From Syntrophales bacterium (lineage in GTDB: Bacteria > Desulfobacterota > Syntrophia > Syntrophales > UBA2210), in the NCBI GenBank assembly GCA_963662405.2, contig CAXXKT010000001.1:2048001-2112000 (forward strand): a DNA stretch of 64,000 nt. Direction: 5' to 3'. The notes under the pieces were generated by a model. That model did no database searches and had not been told where the DNA came from. It was given only the letters and a program-made list of their open reading frames with translations. The position numbers and the translations under genes are program-made. Numbering within the stretch: position 1 is the stretch's first letter; each line of letters begins with the position of its first letter. This document shows, piece after piece, positions 33,830 to 41,283 of this stretch.

Positions 33830-34792
33830 ATGAATACACCAACACCAAAGGTCATAGAATTCTTAATCCCTTGTTATAATGAGGAAGAGAATATAGAAAC
33901 TCTCATTTCCGAAATTCAGAAAGTAATGGCCCACACTCAATATGAGTATACGTTTTTGTTTGTTGACGATGGCAGTACCGATCAGACATTTCACGTGATA
34001 TCAACTCTCGCACATCGAAGCCATAACGTCTCCTGTGTTCGACTGACTCGTAATTTCGGTAAAGAAGCCGCCATTGCGGTTGGCCTTGATAGATCGAGAG
34101 GAGATGCGATGATCATTCTTGATGCCGATCTGCAGCACCCCCCCCATTTAATTCCGTCCATGCTGTCGGAATGGGAAAAGGGGGCCTCCATCGTTGATGC
34201 AGTAAAAGCCAGCGGGCATGAAGGAAATATCCTGAAACGGCTGACACAGTATCTCTTTAACAGGCTTTTCAGCAATATCACCCGTATGGATTTTGAGGGG
34301 GCCTCCGACTACAAATTACTGGATAAACAGGCCGTGGAAATCCTGAGAGGACTCGATGAAAAGAATCGTTTCTTCCGTGGGCTCACCAACTGGATCGGCA
34401 TGGAACACAGTAAAATTGAGTTTAAGGTTGAACGGCGTCGCATGGGAGAAACGAAATGGAATTGGTTAAAACTGTTTCAATTATCGGTGGATGCCATCAC
34501 GTCCTATTCTTCAAAGCCTTTGCACATTGTGACGTTCTTAGGGACTGTATCTCTTGGTTTTTCGATAATATTAGGGATTCAGACTTTGTACAATAAGTGG
34601 TTTGGAGATGCTGTCAGCGGTTTCACCACCGTTATCCTGGTCGTGTTGATCATGTCGAGCATCGTCATGATTAGCATGGGAATATTAGGAATATACTTAT
34701 CCAAAATTTATGATGAAGTCAAAAATCGTCCTATTTCAATTGTAAAGGAAGAAGTTAGTTCTTCAAAAAAAACTCAGGATCAGACTTTTTGA
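33830..34792 (+). CDS. GT2 polyprenol-phosphate glycosyltransferase (GtrB/ArnC-like)
   Basis: IPCYNEEEN, VDDGSTD, RNFGKEAA, DADLQHPP; two C-terminal TM segments. Confidence 0.9.
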   Translation: MNTPTPKVIEFLIPCYNEEENIETLISEIQKVMAHTQYEYTFLFVDDGSTDQTFHVISTLAHRSHNVSCVRLTRNFGKEAAIAVGLDRSRGDAMIILDADLQHPPHLIPSMLSEWEKGASIVDAVKASGHEGNILKRLTQYLFNRLFSNITRMDFEGASDYKLLDKQAVEILRGLDEKNRFFRGLTNWIGMEHSKIEFKVERRRMGETKWNWLKLFQLSVDAITSYSSKPLHIVTFLGTVSLGFSIILGIQTLYNKWFGDAVSGFTTVILVVLIMSSIVMISMGILGIYLSKIYDEVKNRPISIVKEEVSSSKKTQDQTF

Positions 34793-34827
34793 ACATTTTG
34801 CGGTAGTCGTAACATACAATAGTAAAT

Positions 34828-34997
34828 TACTACTGTCCCAATGTTACCCGGATAGATTCAGATGGTTAGAAGAGGCAGGGGTTGGGTTTATGTAATCGTT
34901 ATTCGTACGGACTTGTAAAATTGGTTCTTTTTCAAAAAGCGTGACGCTCAAAACCTGTAAAATTGTGTAGAGACTTTGGTCCAGTTTCAAATCCTTG
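34828..34997 (-). pseudogene. IS4-family transposase 3' end remnant with terminal repeat
   Basis: Near-identical to 2047-2166; encodes LDQSLYTILQVLSVTLFEKEPILQV; truncated at the RAYT MITE. Confidence 0.8.
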
Positions 34998-35132
34998 AGT
35001 TCCGGGGACACCTTACTTAATTATTGACAAAAGCCAGCTAGGGGCGGCTCCTTTTATTGGGACAATGAAACATCTTTTGGACCGAAAACTTAAACCTCAA
35101 AAACCTGGACCTAAAACGAAAGATAAGTAAGG

Positions 35133-36404
35133 TGATCTTCCCCCAGAAAAACGGACACCTAGGTTAGGGGACAACCCCGGCGTTTTCAAATGCCAGGGGG
35201 CTTCTGTACTTTAACGCAGAATGTCTGCGCGTGCGATTATAAAACAGCTCAATATAATCAAAAAGGCTCGTTCTAGCTTCCGATCGTGTTTTGTAATCCT
35301 CAAAACCAACCCACTCGGTCTTCAAAGAATGAAAGAAACTTTCCATCGGTGCGTTATCCCAACAGTTGCCTCTCCGGCTCATACTGCAGATGACACCCAA
35401 ATTGTTCAGTAGGTACTGATACGATGTCGAAGCATATTGCGCACCCTGATCGGAATGTAAAAGCACCCCCTGGATATCTCCCCGATGAGCAGCCGCCATC
35501 TTTAATGCGTCTACGGCGAGTTGTGCACTATTTCTGTCTCCCATCGACCAACCTACAATCATTCGGGAATACAGATCCATAATCGCTGACACATACAACC
35601 AGCCTTTGCGAGTGGGTCTAAAGGTCACATCGGATACCCACTTCTGATTCGGCTTCTCTGAAGAAAATATCCTTCCCAGTATGTTCTCAGCCGGTCTTTT
35701 CGTCCTCCTTGAATCGGTTGTAACGACAAAGCGCTTATGAACCTTCGATTGAATATCGGCTTTGCGCATCAAAAAAGCCACGGTGTTTCTACCGACTCTT
35801 TCGCCTTGATCAACCAACTCCCCATGAATCCGTGGCGAGCCGTATATCTTCCTGCTGGCTATATGCGCCCGCCTTATCTTCACCAGCAAATCCCGGTGTC
35901 GCTTTGTTCGTAAACTCTCCGGACGACCCAACCAACCATAATAGCCACTCCGGGATACCTCCAGAACCCGACACATCACCGCCACACTGAAATGCGTTCT
36001 CTGCGACCGAATAAACTGATACTTTACTTCAACTCGCGCGCAAAGAACGCTGCGGCTTTTTTTAAGATTTCATTCTCTTCCTTTACTTTGGCTAACTCAT
36101 GCCGTAATCGACGGGTCTCGTCCGCTGCGGTCCCGCTTGCTGGGCGTCGTCCGGATCCGGGAAACGCACCGCCACCCGCTCTATCCACCGTCTCTTTCCA
36201 CTTATACAACTGGTTCCTTCGTATCCCCAACTCACGGGCCAGTTCAGCAGGTGGCTTTTTCCCCTCGTCCATCAATCGCACTGCTTCAAGCTTAAACTCC
36301 CGGCTAAATGCCTGTCGCTTCCCTCTCATCGGACACTCCTTTCTTCTCCATTGTATACGCATCCGGATACTTTTTGAAGTGTCCGTTAAACTGGGGAAGG
36401 TTCA
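35133..36404 (-). mobile_element. IS3-family element
   Basis: TG...CA ends; IRs TGATCTTCCCCCAGAAAACGGACAC / TGAACCTTCCCCAGTTTAACGGACAC; 3-bp AGG target duplication. Confidence 0.93.
35164..36329 (-). CDS. IS3 transposase OrfAB (OrfA 36024-36329; -1 frameshift at an A-run near 36055-36063; OrfB ends at 35164)
   Basis: OrfA HTH ending LKKAAAFF; OrfB WVSDVT, HSDQGAQY, DNAPMESFF. Confidence 0.9.
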
Positions 36405-36423
36405 AGGTGTCCCCGGAATTTCC

Positions 36424-36803
36424 GAGTGTTCGGAAAAGATTGTAAATTAATCCGGGAAGTGTCCCTGATTTTCCCTGGTGAGGAACCGAGGCGGGCAAAG
36501 CGGTCGGAAAAGAGATTCGTAAAATAATACGGGAAGTGTCCCTAGTTTTTGCGGTAAAAAGGCAATCCCTGAAACTCCTTGACAATTTTCATAAAAGTTA
36601 TATCATCCAGCCGTTGTGTTCATTCTGACAGATGTAAAAACCTGGTTTGCTTCTTTTAACAGTTGAAAGAGGGAACTATGAACGGATACCACTAGAGCCC
36701 CGTTTCTCATACAGAGACGGGGCTTTGTGTTTGTGGGGAGCAGACGATCAGGCATCTTGGAGCGTTCTAAAAAGATTACAATTTAATACGGGAAGTGCCC
36801 CCC
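36424..36803 (+). repeat. Three direct copies of a ~40-bp unit ending TAATxCGGGAAGTG(T/C)CCC
   Basis: Cores at 36453-36465, 36530-36542 and 36789-36801, each preceded by a related AAAAGA(G)ATT...TAAT segment. Confidence 0.75.
36696..36732 (+). terminator. Intrinsic terminator of a short transcript (promoter TTGACA 36579 / TATCAT 36601)
   Basis: GAGCCCCGTTTCT-loop-AGAGACGGGGCTT followed by a T-rich tail. Confidence 0.7.
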
Positions 36804-36889
36804 CGTTTTTCGCATAGAGGAAAAGGAGGAATGATAAAAAGTCTTCATGAGCTGTGAATTGGGATACACTGTTTGAAACTTTATAGTTT

Positions 36890-37030
36890 TGGGCAGCAAG
36901 GCTACTGTTCGACATGTTTACTGGTCTTCGAGACCGCAAAGGAGAATGAAGAGCTGTAGCCGCAACATTCAATGATCTTCGAGATCGAATAGGAGATTGG
37001 GACCAATTCACCTGACAGGCGCTGTCCAAG
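36890..37030 (+). ncRNA. IS110 bridge RNA (target- and donor-binding loops); extent approximate
   Basis: Two loops closed by the hairpins GGTCT-TCG-AGACC and GATCT-TCG-AGATC; the flanking 9-nt segments match the target and donor junctions. Confidence 0.75.
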
Positions 37031-37047
37031 ATGTGAGGAGGCGTTCT

Positions 37048-38160
37048 ATGAAGATGAGTATCGGGGTTGACCTTCACAAGACGCAGTTTACCGTTTGTTG
37101 TTTGAGTGAAGATCGGAGTGTTCAGGAGTCGGGCATCTACCCGACGACTGATCGAGGTTACCGGGCATTTATCATGAAGGTGTCCAACTGGAATGAGGGC
37201 GGTTACGAGGTCACGGCAGCGGTGGAATCAACAGGGAACACCCGACACTTTCGCAACCGGTTTTTGAAGGCGGGGATTGAGGTCAAGATAGTGAACACCT
37301 TGAAATTCAAGGTTGTAAATGAGTCAGTAAAAAAGACTGACAAGCATGATTCCCGCACATTGGCTGAGTTTCTTGAGAAAGATATGCTTCCCGAGTCCAT
37401 TCTTTGTTCGCAGGAAAGCGAGGACATTCGAAGGCTTCTCAAGTCACGTTCTGTTCTGGTGAAAGCTTTGGTATCCTTGAAAAACCAGATACACGGTTTA
37501 TTGCTTGGATATGGGATAGAGAGTCGGCGGGGACAGCTGCAGAGCAAAAAAGAAAGGCAGCGAATCCTTGACGGTCTCGCGGACCATAGGAGTTACGGAA
37601 ACGCTGCCCGAGCGGTAAAACCGCTTCTTGGTACAATAGACCAAATTGCATCCGAGGTCAAAGGACTTGAGCGCGTATTATCTGATCTTGTTTCTGAAGA
37701 CGAGGATGTTGCTCTGTTGCAAACGATTCCTGGCGTTGGAATAATAACAGCAGCGACGATTCGGGCTTATACCGATGACATCAACCGATATGAGAGCGCC
37801 AAGCAGTATGCTGCTCATGCCGGTTTGGTACCATGGGTTCAAAACTCCAACAAGACCATTCGCCATGGTCATATTACCAAGCGAGGCCCCGTGGAACTGA
37901 GGACGGCTTTTGTGCAAATGGTAATGGGGATGCTACGGCTTCGGAATAAAACCGATGGATATTGGCTTATGTACAAATACAAAGCCATGAAAGAGAACAA
38001 GGGAACCGGGAAGAGCGTAATAGCGACGGCGCGAAAGATGAGCACTATTGTATATGCCATCTTGAAGAAGGGGGAGCCGTTTGATCCATCGAAAATGCTG
38101 CCAGACCCGAAATATGTAGAGATGAGTAAGGTTGCGAGGTGTTATGCTTTGGCCGTTTAA
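37048..38160 (+). CDS. IS110-family recombinase (DEDD)
   Basis: GVDLHK, AVEST, KTDKHD, TIPGVG, AGLVP..QNS; GAGGAGG RBS. Confidence 0.93.
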   Translation: MKMSIGVDLHKTQFTVCCLSEDRSVQESGIYPTTDRGYRAFIMKVSNWNEGGYEVTAAVESTGNTRHFRNRFLKAGIEVKIVNTLKFKVVNESVKKTDKHDSRTLAEFLEKDMLPESILCSQESEDIRRLLKSRSVLVKALVSLKNQIHGLLLGYGIESRRGQLQSKKERQRILDGLADHRSYGNAARAVKPLLGTIDQIASEVKGLERVLSDLVSEDEDVALLQTIPGVGIITAATIRAYTDDINRYESAKQYAAHAGLVPWVQNSNKTIRHGHITKRGPVELRTAFVQMVMGMLRLRNKTDGYWLMYKYKAMKENKGTGKSVIATARKMSTIVYAILKKGEPFDPSKMLPDPKYVEMSKVARCYALAV

Positions 38161-38220
38161 ATTTTAACCATGGGCCTGTTTGACAGGCTCTCCATGAATT
38201 GACTTTTTATAGGAGTAAAT

Positions 38221-38799
38221 ATGGCGACTACAAAATTGAGAATCGATTTGGATCAAGGAATCATTGAAGTTGAAGGTGAGGACTCCTTTGTCAAGGCGGT
38301 ATACGATGATTTCAAGGAAAGGTTATTATCCGATATGCCAGTTGAACAAAAGACTCGTACTGGCACAAAAGCTAATGCAAAAAAGAGATCCACTCCTAAG
38401 GCTAAATTGAAAACAGGAAACGCTTCTAAAAAGAAAAAGTCAAGCAAAGGAAGTGCATCTGGATCTATTGTTAAAGATCTTGATCTTTCGGGCGGGGGGA
38501 AGATTCAAAGATTGAAGGATTTTTTAGGGCAATATAAGGTTTCTTCAAATTTTGAACGAAATCTCATTTTCGTATATTACCTTCAGCATAAACTTAACAT
38601 CAAAGGTATAACCCTCGATCATATATTTACATGTTACCGTGATGTCGGCGCTAAAGTGCCTGCAGCACTTCAACAAAGCTTATGGGATACCACCAACCGA
38701 AGAGGTTGGCTTAATACTTCATCTTCTGAAAATATTCTAGTCACAGTGCCAGGCATGAACTTTATAGAGCATGACATGCCAAAATCGGGAGCTGAATAA
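38221..38799 (+). CDS. Hypothetical protein with a probable C-terminal winged helix
   Basis: 192-aa low-GC ORF with AGGAG RBS; Lys-rich linker; coupled by TAATG to the next gene. Confidence 0.75.
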   Translation: MATTKLRIDLDQGIIEVEGEDSFVKAVYDDFKERLLSDMPVEQKTRTGTKANAKKRSTPKAKLKTGNASKKKKSSKGSASGSIVKDLDLSGGGKIQRLKDFLGQYKVSSNFERNLIFVYYLQHKLNIKGITLDHIFTCYRDVGAKVPAALQQSLWDTTNRRGWLNTSSSENILVTVPGMNFIEHDMPKSGAE

Positions 38800-39569
38800 T
38801 GAATGATCAGTTAGAGGGCTTCTTGCAACAAATTCCTAATATCGGAGAACAATCATCCGCCTCATTGGTAGACTACTTCGTTTATTTTATAACTGTCATT
38901 CTGGGGGATGACACTGCCACACCTGCCGGTGTTGAGCGTTGTTTCGAGATAACCAAGATACAAAAATATTCAAATATTTCTTCTTATTTGTCTCGACAAT
39001 CAAAAAAATCCCGTGGAAAAACTGCAAAATACTTAAAATTAAAGACTGGTTACCATTTAGAACGCAACTCAGAACTCGAAATTCAAAAAAGCCTGCGCTC
39101 TGGACCCTCGAGGCAGGAAACAAGCCATTTACTCAGAGGAATGCTCCCCAAAATTAAAGATCCTAACAAAAAAGCATTTTTGCAAGAAGCTATAGATTGT
39201 TATGAAATTGGTGCAAGAAGGGCATCAATTGTCCTCACATGGATTCTAACGATCAACCACCTCTATGATTATATTATTGCGAAGGAGTTAGTTGCTTTCA
39301 ATACCGCTTTGGGGAAAAATACAGACAAGAGGATCAAGGTGTCTTCAATCACTAAGCTTGATGATTTTTCCGAGATTCCAGAAGGGAAATTTATTGAATT
39401 AATGAGGTCCGCAAATATTGTTTCTAATGATGTGAGGAAAATACTGGATGTAAAGCTCGGAATACGAAATTCCTCAGCTCACCCATCAGGGATTTCAATT
39501 TCTGAAGTCAAGGCTACTGATTTTATCATCGATCTTGTTGATAATGTAATCGCAAAATACCCGATTTGA
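38799..39569 (+). CDS. Hypothetical protein with a HEPN-like C-terminal domain (RxxxxH)
   Basis: LQEAIDCYEIGARRASIVLTW ... IRNSSAHP. Confidence 0.7.
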   Translation: MNDQLEGFLQQIPNIGEQSSASLVDYFVYFITVILGDDTATPAGVERCFEITKIQKYSNISSYLSRQSKKSRGKTAKYLKLKTGYHLERNSELEIQKSLRSGPSRQETSHLLRGMLPKIKDPNKKAFLQEAIDCYEIGARRASIVLTWILTINHLYDYIIAKELVAFNTALGKNTDKRIKVSSITKLDDFSEIPEGKFIELMRSANIVSNDVRKILDVKLGIRNSSAHPSGISISEVKATDFIIDLVDNVIAKYPI

Positions 39570-39581
39570 CGTTGCTTAAAA

Positions 39582-39634
39582 ATCTAACAATCATTTGGAG
39601 CGTATAGACCCGCCCGCTGAAAAGTACATTAGAA
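39582..39634 (+). other. attC-like site (short, degenerate)
   Basis: ATCTAACAA...TTTGGAGCG / CGCTGAAA...ATTAGAA immediately after a stop codon. Confidence 0.55.
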
Positions 39635-39664
39635 TGAGCCCACAGCCTTAATGCGAGGTGCCTT

Positions 39665-40885
39665 GTGACAAAAGACAACGAAAATGCAATTATGATAGCG
39701 GCAAATCGAGAAATGGCCGTTGCTAGTGATGTCCAGGGTTTAATGCTCCAAATTAGACCTGAGTGGCAATCAAAAAATCTTGTTCAAAGAGTAGCAAAAT
39801 TGCTACCGGTCGATCCAAGTAGTGCATGTCAAAGGCTTTTTAATGCAGCTATTCACGACATCAAAAAGAAAATATTGGTGGCAGGCATCGACATCGCTAA
39901 AGAAGCAGCCACATCAAACAGGCTTCCTCAAATAAACCGTCCAGAGGATATAGAAGAATACAATGTCTCAAAGACAATAGATCTTGCGTATTATATGGGG
40001 TTATTATCCAGGCCCGAGTGGCGAAGAATTACACGCGTATATGATATACGAAGAGATTTAGAACACGAAGATGACGAATATGAGGCAACAATTGAAGATT
40101 GTTTTTACATCTTTAAAACATCCATTGAGGCTGTGCTGGCTAAAGACCCTATTGAGGTTATCAGATTAACCGATATCAAAGAAATTGTCGAACAACCAAC
40201 CGCTGTGACATTAGACCATACCGTCAGAGAAGAATATGGTGTTGCCCCTGCCGTTCGCCAAATTGAAATATACAAATTTCTCGTATCGACAGCTCTAAAC
40301 AGTAAGCATCCCGATATTGTGCGCCAGAATTGCTATATTTCTTTGGGTGTGCTTTCTCCACTAACGAAAGACCAGGTAAAAATTGAAGTTTCTCAGTTTT
40401 ATTCCGACAAAGTTAAAAGAAATGGGTTGGACTTATTTACAGCTCGTGTGTCATTCGCAGCTGGTATTCTACCTTACTTCAAGAAAAGCATATTAAAGAC
40501 ATTCTATGCCAGCTATTTGGAACATATGAAAACTGTTGGGTATGATTTCAAGAGAAATGATAAACATGGTACCCTCCTTCGTGAATTCAGGGAAATTGGC
40601 GGGCTCGAATTCTGCCATGATGAAGTCGTTCCGGGTATGATCGAGTGGCTCTGTCAATGCTATATCGGCGAGCGGAGTTTTGGTCGTTATTCAGAAAGCA
40701 GACCCGTTTTTTACTCTAATGTTGGTGCCCCGATTTCCAAAGAAATCCTTATAGACTCAAAGCACAAAGTCTCTCCATTGATTGAAAACATTATTAAAAA
40801 GAGTCAGCCGATTCAACGAGAATGCAAATGGAAACATTGTCAAAGAAGAGCACAGGATTTGATTGATGCTATGCTTCCAGTATAA
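39665..40885 (+). CDS. Hypothetical protein with an N-terminal HEPN-like domain
   Basis: ACQRLFNAAIHDIKKK ... YDIRRDLEH (RxxxxH); GAGG RBS; low GC. Confidence 0.7.
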   Translation: MTKDNENAIMIAANREMAVASDVQGLMLQIRPEWQSKNLVQRVAKLLPVDPSSACQRLFNAAIHDIKKKILVAGIDIAKEAATSNRLPQINRPEDIEEYNVSKTIDLAYYMGLLSRPEWRRITRVYDIRRDLEHEDDEYEATIEDCFYIFKTSIEAVLAKDPIEVIRLTDIKEIVEQPTAVTLDHTVREEYGVAPAVRQIEIYKFLVSTALNSKHPDIVRQNCYISLGVLSPLTKDQVKIEVSQFYSDKVKRNGLDLFTARVSFAAGILPYFKKSILKTFYASYLEHMKTVGYDFKRNDKHGTLLREFREIGGLEFCHDEVVPGMIEWLCQCYIGERSFGRYSESRPVFYSNVGAPISKEILIDSKHKVSPLIENIIKKSQPIQRECKWKHCQRRAQDLIDAMLPV

Positions 40886-40899
40886 GTTTGATAAAATCA

Positions 40900-40962
40900 T
40901 TTTAACAAGGCTTTTACAGCGGAGCGCAAAAAGCGGGCGCCCGCTGAAGAGTATGGTTGGAC
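40900..40962 (+). other. attC-like site
   Basis: TTTTAACAAG...TT(A)CAGCGG...CCGCTGAA...GTTGGAC after the stop codon. Confidence 0.7.
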
Positions 40963-41075
40963 TGGCATATAACATTGGTGGTATTCCGGCGACACCTCCC
41001 TTAATCATTTTTGCTATTGACAAGCCCCCTTTGTTCTGCTAGATAGAAACAAATTTTGGAGCAGTGGGTAGTATC

Positions 41076-41150
41076 ATGACACAGACAACCTCAGAACAAC
41101 ATAACTATTGGTGGTGGCGGATCTCGGAGGAGAGGTTCGTCTGCCGGTAG
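41076..41150 (+). CDS. trpL: trp operon leader peptide MTQTTSEQHNYWWWRISEERFVCR
   Basis: Three tandem Trp codons, upstream TTGACA (41017), downstream terminator; precedes trpE. Confidence 0.88.
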   Translation: MTQTTSEQHNYWWWRISEERFVCR

Positions 41151-41172
41151 GTTCCTGAGTCATACAGATCGC

Positions 41173-41215
41173 AAGCCGCGGAGAATCTTTCCAGACTCCG
41201 CGGCTTTTTTGTTTT
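41173..41215 (+). terminator. trp attenuator terminator
   Basis: AAGCCGCGGAG-loop-CTCCGCGGCTT followed by a T run. Confidence 0.85.
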
Positions 41216-41230
41216 CAATACTGAATCCAG

Positions 41231-41263
41231 AAAGGCCGTGACCGATCACGGCCTTTTTTATTT
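41231..41263 (+). terminator. Second terminator-like hairpin in the trp leader
   Basis: AAAGGCCGTGA-CCGA-TCACGGCCTTT followed by a T run. Confidence 0.65.
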
Positions 41264-41283
41264 GAGAAACAGAGGTACCGCAT

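Larger units (their letters stand above)
35000..36418 (+). mobile_element. Second RAYT-derived MITE (35000-35132 plus 36405-36418), split by IS3
   Basis: Near-identical to 33291-33434; the right TIR is interrupted. Confidence 0.82.
36829..38215 (+). mobile_element. IS110-family element (AG/CT core at 36827-36828 and 38214-38215)
   Basis: Boundaries deduced from the bridge-RNA guides. Joining the ends gives the promoter TTGACT-17bp-TAAAAA (spacer ends in TGA). Confidence 0.8.

Noticed and set aside
36424..36803. CRISPR array
   Set aside because: Only three degenerate repeats with very unequal spacing (77 and 259 bp); no cas genes.
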